DNA of 64,000 nt, taken from positions 29,948,001-30,012,000 of the forward strand of contig NC_086097.1 in NCBI RefSeq assembly GCF_963921235.1. Reading direction: 5' to 3'. Each line of letters opens with the position of its first letter. The first letter of the stretch is position 1. A program made the translations under genes and the position numbers. Below are positions 1 to 11,755 of this stretch, one piece after another. The notes below the pieces were generated by a model, which did not search any database, had not been told where the DNA came from, and saw only the letters and a list, made by a program, of their open reading frames with translations. The stretch comes from Mobula hypostoma (taxonomy: Eukaryota).

Positions 1-439
1 TCGCAGTTCAGAAGAAGAACTACAGTTAAAAGAAGAATAGTATCTTGTGAGCTGTCTGCAAGATGTTGCCTTTGGGCGCTGGCACCATCTTGCCAGGAGA
101 GAGGAAAGATTTAAGGGAGCTCTGAAGGGTGCAGGTTTTCACACATAGGGTCAAAGTCAAGTTTATTAACATCTGCACAAGTACAGTGTGTGTAAGCACG
201 GATGTACTGAAAAACACACTTACAGCAGCATCACAGGTACATAGCTTCATAAAAGCAGCATTTGCAAGAGAAATATTAAAATCATGCACAATTTTTACAG
301 GAAAGAACACAACTTGAAGAAAAAATTTACTTAGTAAAGGTAGTAATTAGTGTTGTGCTGGCTGGTTCAGGACCAAGTGGTTGGAGGGAAGGAGATGTTC
401 CTGAGCTTGGTGGTGTGGGACTTCAGGGGTCTGTACCTC

Positions 440-577
440 TTTCTCTAGTCCTGCTGAAGGGTCTTGGCCCAAAACATCAACTCTACTCTTTTCCATGGAG
501 CAGCCTGGCCCTGCTGAGTTCCTCCAACATTTTGTATGTGTTGCTTGGATTTCCAGCATCTGCAGATTTTCTCTTGT
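440..577 (+). mobile_element. Penelope-like element 3' tail fragment with degenerate hammerhead motif
   Basis: AGTCCTGCTGAAGGGTCTTGGCCCAAAACATC...TTTCCAGCATCTGCAG matches the tail of the better-preserved PLE at 59937-60300. Confidence 0.75.
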
Positions 578-1299
578 TTCTGTACCTCCTGTCTATTCCT
601 ACTATTGTTTATTTTATTCATCACATGTTCTCATCAACTTCCCCAATCTCCTGCCACCTAATTGTCCCACTTACCCACACACTAGGGGTAATATACAGCA
701 GACACTTAACTTACAAATTCATTTGTCTTTGGGGGTGCGTAGGACCTTCAGCAACCAGGACATGACAGCTGCTTGTTATATCATCAGGAAGGAGATACAG
801 GAATCTGAGGACATACACTGAATGATTCAGAAACAATTTCTTTCCCTCTGCCATCATATTTCTGAACGATCCATGAACCTATGAATACTACCTCATTATT
901 TTTGCAATATTTATTTTGTAATTTATAGTAAGTGTACATATTGCACTGTATTGCTGCTGCAAAACACCAAATTTCTCAACCAATGTACAGTAAGTAATGG
1001 CAAACCTGATTCTGTTTCTGATATGTAATATGATATAATCATCATCCACAACAATCTAAAATATATTTTAAAAATTTATATATACATATATCTTTTACAA
1101 GAAAGAACACAATTAAAATAAAAAGACAATGTCTATTTTAGTGCAAATTTCTGAAAATGGTTACAGTTTCAAATATTGCAGTATTGTAGCTCGGGTTGGC
1201 TATTTGGAAATTTGGTTGATCGCCAGGCTTGGCAAAATGTTTCCAGACATTTCGTCTGTAATTGAGAAGCCATCATCTGTGCACAGTTGAGGGTGTTGT

Positions 1300-4200
1300 T
1301 GTTGTTGTTCTTCTTCTTCTTCTATTTCCGGCTGTTTAGACGCATCTCGGCGTATTACAGCCCTCCGCAGGATGTATAATTAATTATAGAACTTCAAGGA
1401 ACTCCAAATTTTCGAATACAACCTAGTCTCATGTATAAACTGAATAATAGATTTTTCAATCAGATGTTGACTCTCTTGATGGCCAAACAAAGATTTAATA
1501 GAAAACCAAAATAAATTTAAGCCAGATAGCCTCCTGAACAACATGCTTCTTTCAATTTTGTATCGATTACAGCTCAGCAAAACATGCTGGACTGTCTCTG
1601 GACTACCACAGTCACATAATCCAGTAGGATGTTTTCCTAGTATCTTTAAGTAATAATTTAGCCCACAATGCCCCAACCTAAGTCTTGTAAATTTCATCAT
1701 ATCTCTACGACTTAAAAGGTAACAGTCTGTGACCTTTTTAACTAGTGCGTGACTAGAAAAATAATGCCTGCCCCTTAATTTATTTTTCCAATCCTCCTGC
1801 CACTTCTTCTCTATACCTTTTTTAATCCTACTTTTCAATTCTGCTGTGCTTAGGGGAATTCTAATTTCTACTTGCTGCTCTGTAAGGAAGACTTTGCAAT
1901 GCCATCCACAATTTCATTTCCCTCCACCCCAGCATGCCCAGGTATCCATGAAAATCTAACTGCACAACCCATCTTCCCTACTCTAAACAACACTAAGAAA
2001 ATCTCAATAACTATGTCAGGACGAACTTTTGATTTACTCCCTTTTATAGACTCTAAGGCAGCAGCAGAATCCAAACAGATGATAACCCTACGTGATCGAG
2101 AGTCTTCTATCCACCATAAGGCCCAGAGGATTGCTAATAATTCTGTTGCAAAGACAGAAACACCATCTGAAACCTGGTGACCAATCTCGACTCCAAATTG
2201 AGGCACATACATCCCAAATCCTGCCCTACTGCTCTCTGGGTCCACTGAGCCATCAGTAAAAATCTTCAGATAAGATCCCCATTTATTATTTAAATATTCA
2301 TTTGTGATCAACGCTGATGAAATTGCACTGCTTCCTTGAAGCTGAAAAGGGAGGAATAGGTCTACTTCTGATTCTGGAAAGAACCAAAAAGGGACAGGTG
2401 GCAAGCAAATTTGGTCAACTATGTCTTCCTCAGTCAGTTTCAATTTCACAGCCCAGTTATTAACCAAATCTAAATCTTTTAATTTTACTTTGGCGCTCTG
2501 ACTTCCCCTGCAAGGGACACTTTGATGGACAGCTGTGATTGAATCCATTTAGTTTTACCCAATACTGCAGGCCCAACTGAATCCATCTTAAATGTAGAGA
2601 CACTTCTCCCATCTCCACACATAATGCCAGGACTGATGTTGTTCTAAAAGCTCCACAATAGAGTCTAAGTGCTTTGGACTGCACAGTGTCTAGTTTTCCA
2701 AGCACTGCCGTAGCAGCAGAACCATAAGCAATACAACCTTAATCAATAACTGATCTAATCGTAGCTAGATATATTAAGTACATAGTTTCCCACCCTGCTC
2801 CCCAGTCGCATCCAGCAATACTTCTCATAACACTTAAAACTTTCTCACACTTTCCAGTTGTTTTATCTATATGAACCCTCCAAGTAAGTCTTTCATCAAA
2901 CCAGACACCTAAAATCTTGAATACCTTGACTCTTTCTAGTGGAGAATCATATAGACACAATTCACAATCAGGAATCTTTCTTCTAAAGCCAAAAATCAGG
3001 TATCTGGACTTAGAAGCAGAAATCCTGAAACACCATTTATTAGCTCAGTTTTCAACTGATCTTAAAGCCTTTTGTACCTGCCTTAATATATACTTGATGT
3101 TTCTTCCTCTTTTCCAGATTGCATCATCGTCTGCAAACAATGATTTGCCAAATCCTGTCCCTACCTGATCAAAGATATCATTTATCATTTATCATGACAT
3201 TAAAAAGAACTGGACTAATGACACTTCCTTGAGGGGTACCGTTACCTATTTTAACTGACTTGGAGCTTGTTCCGCCTATTCTTACTTGAATTGTCCTTTC
3301 CTTAAGGAAATCTTTGATCCAATTAAACATTCTACTCTAATTCCCACATCATAGAGTTTAATTAACAAGCCATCCTTCCATAGTGAGTCATATGCTCTTT
3401 CAATATCTAGAAATACACTTACCTATTTTCTCTATTTTGAAATGCTTTTTTAATATCATGATCTAAAAGGGCAGCAGATTCCATTGTTGATCTTCCAGTT
3501 CTCAAACTATTTTGATCGGCAGCAAAATGTCCCTTACTCTCCAAAAAATAAACATCTTTTGGTGACCATTTGTTCCATAGTTTTACAAAGCACTGACGTT
3601 AAAGCTATAGGCTGATACAAACTAGAACCAGACGTGTCCTTACCTGGCTTTAAAACTGGAACTACCACCGCATGCTTCCATTCTACTGGTAATTTTCCTT
3701 CTTTCCACACTGAATTAAACAATGCTAGAATTTCTTTTAATACAGAGTCATCTAAATGCTTAAGCAATTCATAACACAGTCCATCCCTACCAGGAGAAGT
3801 GCTTGAAGCTGATTGAACAGCTTCCTGCAATTCCTGAAGGGAGAAAAACAAATTTATGGAGCTATTATCATCCAAACTCCTGTCCAATTTCCAACTTTAA
3901 CATAATTTCCTTTCTCAAATCACCTAATTCTCCAGAACTGTGTAATGCTTAGATGACCTCTACAAACATATCAGCCTTTTCCTTATTGGTTACAGCTTCA
4001 ATATCTCCTTCCAGCGAAGCTGGGATAGATGGTTTCCTATATATCCCTGACATTCTGTGAGTGATCGTCCATAGATGCTTTATAGGTGTCTCAGGGCCCA
4101 GGGTTCCACAAAATCTTCTCCAACTATCCCTCTTTGCATTTTTAATTACTCTCCTTGCTACTGCTCTTTCCTTTTTATACTCCGTAACATTATCTAACTC

Positions 4201-6478
4201 TGGGTACTTCCTTAATTTCCTGTAAGCTCTATTTCTGTTTCTTACTGCTATATCACAATTTCTATTCCACCAGGGAACTAATGCTCGAGCCCTAAGTACA
4301 TTCTGTAGCGGAATAGTCAACTGAGCAACTTTATGAATTATAGAACAGAGGGATTCATTCCAATCATCAATGGAGCCCTCGCTATTAATCTCTTCTATTA
4401 TATCCACAGCTTTCTCCTGGTACTCATCCCAATGAGCCAAAGAAAAATTATACCTAGCAGACCTCTCCTCAACTTCTACTATCAAATTTCTACCAAATCT
4501 ACATAATATAGGATAGGGATCACTTCCTAGTGTGTATCTGTCCATAACATCCCATTCCCCAACCCTAGCTAAATTTGAGGAAGTGATAGATAAGTCTAAG
4601 TGACTACAAGTATTCTTTACAATATTAAATCTTGTAGGCCTTCTGTCATTTAGCAGTACCATGTTGTATTTATCTAGACACTGCTCTACTACCGCTCCAT
4701 TACTATCTTTACTTCCACTACCCCATATAGGATTATGGGCATTGAAATCTCCAACCCAGATTACTGGGGATCTTACCTTATTCATAATTTCATCCAAATC
4801 TGATAACATCATATTACCTGGATTATAAAAGTTAATCAAAGTTATTTGACCACGAGAGCTCCAAACCTCCACAGCCACAATTTCAAGGTTAGATTTAAAA
4901 TCAAGTCTTCTAAACTGGAGTCCTGCTTTTATGAAAGTTGCACACCCTCCACCAGGTTTACCTGTTCTGTCAGCTCTCAAACAATCATATCCAGGGATCA
5001 CAAAATCTAAATGAGGCTTTAACCATGTCTCCTGTATACAGATCAAATCAGGCTTGTTTTTATAAGTTCCAACAAATCTTTTTAATTTTTGACCATTTGC
5101 AGATCAACTTCTTGCATTACGTTGTAATATTTAAAACATCCAAATACTAGTTATTGGCCTCTTCATCCACATAAAGTTCCTCCGTACTCTCTGATCCTGA
5201 CAACTGGGAAGTATTCAGTGATTGTTTGTCTGTCATATACTCATGTAATTTTTCTGGTGAAGTATGTTTTATATCAAGGAATCTCTCCGCAGCTCCAACA
5301 ACTACTTTTATCATATCCGACCTCTTGGCTATAGTTTTAGCTCTGACCAGTACATCAACAACAAATGCCAAAAAAGACTCTTTAGTCATCAACAACATGC
5401 CTGAAGGAACCATAGTTGGAGAACTCGGAATGTGCTGACTCCCCCTCGTTCCAATCTTTTCTTGACTAATCCTTCGCTTTCTATCAACTTTCTTTACTGT
5501 TTCAGCATATGATGTTTTTTGTTGGATACTAACATTCTGAATCTTCTTTGCCTTACTGAAATACATCCTCTGAACACTGCTGTATGGTCCCCTCCACAGT
5601 TACTGCATTTAGGCACCGCTGCCTTACATGCTTTAATATCATGATCCTCTCCACATTTCATACATCTTCTTTTACCTCGACATGAACCAGCAACATGTCC
5701 AAATCTCTGGCAATTATAATGTATTCTCTAACTTGATAAGACATGCACCTAAGATAAACTCTAGTTGGAAGAACATCACCTGCAAAAACCAGAAGAACAT
5801 GGGAATTCCAATTACCACCTTCTCTCGATTTTAATCGTTTGGCTTCCATCACTCGACCACCTTTAATATTGTCGAAAATTTCTTTTTCAGTCATGCCAGA
5901 CCAAATACCATACACTACCCCCTTAACTCCCTTCCTTTCTTTCAGAGTAATACACTCCACTTTCACAACCAATTTTCCCACCATTTTAGCACTGTTATAT
6001 TAGTCAATATCTTTGCAACAAATTTTCAGCAATCCATTAGACAAAATCTTGGCCTGGAATCCTTTGCCTATTTGGTTCTCTAATGCTGCCACTTTCAAAG
6101 GATTAAGGGCTCTAAATCCTCCTTCTCCTTCCTTCTGACCTTTAATTTTATACAGAACTATAAATTCCTCCAATTCACCCATTTTCCTCAATTTGTTGTC
6201 CCCCGTTACTTCAGGTCTTTCACTTGATGCACCCCTTTTTTGGCTACCCTTACTTCTGGAGTATTCCACAGTCTCCCGCCCTCCCCCTTCAATCTCAACC
6301 CCCCCCCTTTCCCTTTTGCAGCCATAGGCTACAAACTAACCCTTTCCAAACTACTAGGCTCCTCCACGCCAAAGTCCCCACCCACTCAATCAACAGCCCC
6401 AACTGCCAGCCAAGGGTGTTGTTTCCTCAGAATGCTGACTTATATAATCCTCTGGGGTCCAAATGGATCTTGATTAGA
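1300..6478 (-). mobile_element. Near full-length decayed Nimb/I-clade LINE (ORF1 zinc knuckles; ORF2 APE-RT-RNase H-CCHC)
   Basis: Domains seen: ORF1 fragments 5147-6269 with CCHC knuckles near 5570-5715; endonuclease CIQETWL...GDFNAH (3949-5046); RT pieces (SPGRDG, PIALTS, FADD near 3125-3140); RNase H IFTDGS...WIPGHAGVEGNE (1868-2548); C-terminal RLRLGH...CDCG...HVL. The tail is (AAG)n(AAC)n at about 1300-1322. Candidate TSD TGTTGT at 1294-1299 and 6479-6484. Several frameshifts and stops. Confidence 0.9.
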
Positions 6479-6639
6479 TGTTGTAATCTGGTTGGCTGGT
6501 TCAAAACACTGTGAACAATTTAGCAGTAGAAGATTCTGGTTGGCTAGCTTTGAGGGAGGTCCATTGGAAGTGTTGGCTTTGCTGGCCAGATCCTGAGATT
6601 ACTGGCAATTCATTGATCGTTGACATCATTGTTTCTTTT

Positions 6640-6735
6640 TTCTCCATGAGGGTTTCTTGAAGCATGGTTCTCTACAGAGGGAGCCATCAATATAACACAT
6701 CGATATAGATCCGGTATATGAACCCAGGGATCAAC
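6640..6735 (+). mobile_element. Poseidon-type Penelope GIY-YIG C-terminal remnant
   Basis: Reads FLEAWFSTEGAIN, then after a frameshift HIDIDPVYEP. A matching degenerate pLTR hammerhead lies at 1243-1282 (-) on the other side of the Nimb insertion. Confidence 0.6.
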
Positions 6736-7499
6736 CAGACTTCCAAAGTGATCACAGCGTTGCTAAACCGAAAGGCAGTGATAATAATTCTGGTCCTAAT
6801 GGGGAAAGAAACCAGAAGCCCACATGGTCAGCGGTGGGAATCAAAACCTGACTGGTGATGACTGGCACTGTGAAGTGTTGTGCTAACTGTTATGCTACCT
6901 TGCTGCCTTTAGGTGCAGGATTAGGACGTCTGACTAGTTGAGCCTGCTCCGCTATTCAATAAGATCATGCCTGATCTGGCTGTGGGCTCAGCTCCACCTA
7001 TACCTACCTTTTCCTTATGACCTTTAATTCCCCTGTTATTCAGACATTTATCTAACTGTGTTTTAACTACAGTTAATGAGATCGCCTCTACAAATTCAAT
7101 TCCTTGGGCAGAGAATTCCACAGATTCACTACTCTGAGAAAAAACGTTTCTCCTCATCTCTGTCTTAATCTTTTTCCCTGAATCATGAGGGTGGTGAATC
7201 TGTGGAATTCATTGCCACAGAGAGCAGTGGAAGCCAAGTCATTGGATACATTTAGCAGCAGAGGTTAATTAGTAAGGGCCTCTCTGGGATGTGGAAGGAA
7301 TCTGGAGCACCCTGGGGAAAAAGTCACACAGTCACAGAGAGAATGTGCAAACTCCACACTGCCAGTTCGAGACATCGGGACTGGACCCAGGTCTCTGGCA
7401 GTTGTGAGGCAGCAGTTCCAACCCCTTCACCACAGTGAGCAAACCCTGCTTCTCACATTCCAATAATGACAACATTGCAAAAGGCATCTGCTTTGGAAG

Positions 7500-8580
7500 G
7501 TTCTGATGGGAGAGGATGGTGCTACATGAAGGGCATTCTGCCTAGAGGTCAGTGACAGTGGTTTTCTACAGGGATCCATTCTGGGGCCCCTGCTCTTTGT
7601 GAATTTTATCAATGACTGATGAGGAAGGAGGAGGATGGATTAGTAAATTTGCAAATGACACAAAGGTGGATGGAGTTGTGGATAGTATAGAAGGTTGTCG
7701 TAGGTTACAATGGGACACGGACAGGATGCAGAGCTGGGCTGAGAAATGGCAGATGGAGTTCAACTTGCACAAGTGTATAGTGATTCACTTTGGAAGGTCA
7801 AATTTGAAGGCAAAGTGCAGGCTTAAAGGCAGGATTCTTAGCAGTGTGGAGAAACGGATTTTGGGGTCCAAGTCCAAGATCCCTCTAAGATGCAGAGCAA
7901 ATTGATAGGATTGTAAAGAAGGCATATGGTATGTTGGCCTTCGTTAGTCGGGAGATAGAGTTCAAGAGCCCTGAAGTAATGTTACAGCTCTATTAAGATC
8001 ATTGTTAGACCACACTTGGAGTAATGTGTTCATTTCTGGAAGCTTCTTCATAGGAAGGATGTGGAAGCTTTAGAGAGGGTGCAGGGGAGATTTGTCAGGA
8101 TGCTGCCTGGTTTAGAGGGTATGTCATGGGAAAAGGGTCTTATGAGGATGGGTTGAGTGAGCTCAGGCTTTTCTCTTTGGAGCGAAGGAGGATGAGAGGT
8201 GACTAAATAAAGATGTATGAGATGATAAGAGGCATAGATAGAGTGGACAGCCAGCAGGGGTGAAATGGCTAATACAAGGTATTTTAACTTTAAGGTATGG
8301 AGGAAGGTACAGAGGGGTGTCAGGGTAGGTTTCTTACACAGAGAGTGGTGAATGCGTGAAATGCACTGCCAGGGATGGTGATAGAGGCAGATACATAGAC
8401 TAGTCGGAACGGCTGTCATACATACATTAGGGGTATTTAAGAGTTCTTAGATGAGCACATGGATGTTAGAAAAATGGAAGGCTATGTGCGACAAAAGTAT
8501 TAGATTTATCTTGGAGTGGTTTTAAAAAGTCGGCACAACATTGTGGGGAAAAGAGCCTGTAAAGTTCTATGTTCTTAAGT
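7500..8580 (+). mobile_element. CR1 LINE 3' fragment (decayed RT)
   Basis: SKFANDTKV...WAEKWQMEFN motif, RPHLEY-like segment, CR1 tail TTCTATGTTCT. Confidence 0.85.
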
Positions 8581-8598
8581 TGTGCTTTTCCCTTGTAG

Positions 8599-8709
8599 CT
8601 GGAGAGGTCAGAGTGCCGGTGGGTATTCCTGAAGGAGCAGCTGGAAGCAATGAAAGGAGCCTTTCAGCTGGAGACAAAGAAGCTGGATACAGTGGAGGCA
8701 AGGCTGAAG
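8599..8709 (+). CDS. Internal exon A of an unidentified coiled-coil protein gene
   Basis: Acceptor TTTTCCCTTGTAG and donor AAG|GTAGGT. 111 nt, phase 0/0, LERSECRWVFLKEQLEAMKGAFQLETKKLDTVEARLK (heptad-like). Unique sequence between CR1 copies. Confidence 0.75.
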
Positions 8710-8804
8710 GTAGGTACACCGAGAAACTAGGCTCACCTGTACTCCAAACTTCTATCAACTAGAGCTCTTGGCACTTTGGGAGGAGACCAAACAGATGAAA
8801 TAAG

Positions 8805-9720
8805 ATCACAGAGTCGTAGAGCACAGAAAAAAGCCCTTCAGCCCATCTAGTCCATGTCAAACTGTTATTCTGCCTAGTCCCATCAACGCCTGAACCATAA
8901 CCCTCCCATGCATATACTTAGGCAAACTTCTCTTAAATGTTGCAGTTCACTACCTCTGCTGGCAGCTCATTCCACCTCTTGAGTGAAGGAGTTCCCCCTC
9001 ACGTATCCCTTAAATATGGCCTCTAATTTTGGTCTCATCCTACCTCAATGGAAAAAGCCTGCTTGCACTTACCCTATCTTTACTCCTCATAATTTTGTAT
9101 ACTTCTGTCAAATCTCCCCCCATTCCCCTAGGCTCCAGAGAATAAAGTCCAAGCTTATTCCTACCTTTCCCTATAACTCAGTTCCTCAAGTCCTGGCAAC
9201 ATCTGTGTAAATTTTCTCTACATTCTTTCAATCTTATTAATATCTTTCCTGTAGATAGGTGACCAGAACTGCACACATTACTAAAAATCGGGCTCACCAA
9301 CATTCTATACAACTTCAACATAACATCGCAACTCCTGTTCTCAATACTCTAATCTATGAAGGCCACTGTGTCAAAAGCTTTGTTTATGATCCTATCTATC
9401 TGTGACACCACTTTTGAGAAATTATTGATCTGTATTCCCAGATCGCTTTGTTCTACCTCACTCCTCACTGCCCTACCATTTACTGTGTAAGTCCTCCATA
9501 AGTTTGTCCTCCAGAAGTGCAAGACTTCACTCTTGTCTGCATTAAATTCCATCCACCAGTTTTCAACCTGAATCTGCTGCAAGCTTTGACAGCCTTCCTC
9601 ATTGTCCACTATGCTCCTAGTCTTGGTGTTGTCCACAAATCTGTTAATCCAATTTGCCACATTATCATCCAGATCATTGACGTAGATGACAAACAACAAT
9701 GGATCCGGTACTGTACCAGT
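8805..9720 (-). mobile_element. CR1 LINE 3' fragment
   Basis: PLLFVIYVNDLD...WWMEFNADK motif and CR1 3' UTR. Confidence 0.85.
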
Positions 9721-9964
9721 CCCTGCAGAGTATAAATCTCTAATGTCCAGTGTGTAAATGACTAACCCTGACTGAATTCTAATTGACTTATTACACTTTT
9801 TCAAGAACGTTAGAGTGAGCAGGAGAGACATAGCTACATGGCACACAATATGGCTAAACAATGTATATCAATATATACACAGTGTGGTTAAACATGATGC
9901 ATATAAACAGATATACAGCTGTATACAGAACATGCTTAAACACAATGTATGCAAACACACTTAC

Positions 9965-10470
9965 ACTCAGTGGTCACTTTATTAGATATGCCTGCTCGTT
10001 AATGTAAATATTTAATCAGCCAATCATGTGGCAGCAACTCAATGCATTAAACAATGCAGATGTGGTCAAGAGGTTCATTTGTTGTTCAGACCAAACATCA
10101 GAATGGGAAAGAAATGTGGTCCAAGTGACTTTGATCGTGCTATAATTGTTTGTGTCAGATGGGGTGGTTTGAGTATCTCAGAAACTCCTTGGATTTTGAT
10201 GTACACCAGTCTCTACAGTTTAGAGAGAATGGTGTGAAAAAGTCTAGCGAGCAGCTGTTCTCCAGGCAAAAACACCTTGTTAGTCAGATCAGAAGAGAAT
10301 AGCCAGACTGGCTCAAGCTGATAGAAGGCCACAGTAATTCAAATGACCACATTTTACAAACGTGGTGTGCAGGAGAACATCTCTAGGCACACAACACATT
10401 GAACCTTGAAGTGGATGGGCTACAGCAGCAGAAGACCAGGAACGTACTCGAGTACCTAACTGAGTATATA
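9965..10470 (+). mobile_element. Internally deleted Tc1-like element
   Basis: TA-CACTCAGTGGTCACTTTATTAG terminus and Tc1 N-terminal HTH remnant MGKKCGPSDFDRAIIV...GLSISET. A sister copy is at 20070-20586. Confidence 0.75.
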
Positions 10471-11755
10471 GTGTTTATACACAGTGTGGCTGAGAAGTGT
10501 ATATAAACACATGTATACAAAACTGTATGTATACGATATATTCAGCTACTCTGAAAGGTTGTGCAGTGGACTGAAATAAGGTCCTGTTTTCAACCTGGAT
10601 TAGAGTATTTGCCACAAAGAGCAGTTGGACGAAGGGTCTCGGCCTGAAATGTCGACTGCACCTCTTCCTATAGATGCTGCTTGGCCTGCTGTGTTCACCA
10701 GCAACTTTGATGTATGTTGCTTGAATTTCCAGCATCTGCAGAATTCCTGTTGTTGGACAAACTTGTATTGTTTTCTCTGGAACATCAAAGGCTGAGAAAC
10801 AAATCAGGTTTATTATCACTGATTTATTCATCATGAAATGTGTTGCTTTGTGGTAGCAGTACAGTGCAAAGTCATAAAATTACTGTAAATTACAAAATGA
10901 ATGAATAGTGCAATAAAAATGAATAACAAGGTAGTGTTCATGGATTCATGAGCCATTGAGAAATTTGATGGCTGAGGGGAACCGTTCAATGTGGATCTTC
11001 ACGTTCCTGTACCTCCTCCCCGATGTTGGTAACGAGGTGAGATCCGATGGTAGTTTATAAATTGATAGGAGGGAGTCTCCTTCATGTCAAGTACTAGAGG
11101 GCATGGATTCAAGGGGAGAGGGAGAAAGTTTAAAGGAGATGTGCAGGGCAAGGTTTTTACATGGAGGGATTGGTGCCTGGAATGGGCTGCCAGGGATAGT
11201 GATGGAAAGGATGTTTCCATTACTGGGAAAGATGTCCTTTTAGAACAGAGATGATGAGGAATTTCTTTAGCCAGATGATGGTGAATTTGTGGAATTCATT
11301 GCCGGAGACGGCTATAAAGGCCAAGTCGTTGGGTGTATTTAACGTAGAGGTTAATATATTTTTGATTAGTAAGGGCAGCAAAGGTTACAGGAAGAAGACA
11401 CGAGGATGGGATTGGGAGGGAAGATACATCAGTCATAATGGAATGGCCTAATACTGCTCCTATGATCTTTTGGTCTTATAGTGGGAGCCGGTACAAGAAT
11501 GGTTTTGAAGAGGCATTCAGACAGACACATGAATATACAGGGAATGAAGGGATATGGATTATATGGAAATAGAAAAGATTTAGATTAATTTGGCACAGGT
11601 ATTGTGGACTGAAGGGACTGCTAAGTTCTATATACACAGGATAGCTAAACACTATGTATACATGTACGCTGGATATAAATGCTGAGTGTGATGAAATGAA
11701 AACAGGTACACGTATATAAGAGTGTACAGTACTGTGCAAGTCTTGGGCACATATA

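Noticed and set aside
355..765. Hydrophobic 136-aa ORF
   Set aside because: Runs across unrelated repeat fragments (PLE tail, SINE), with no splice or codon support.
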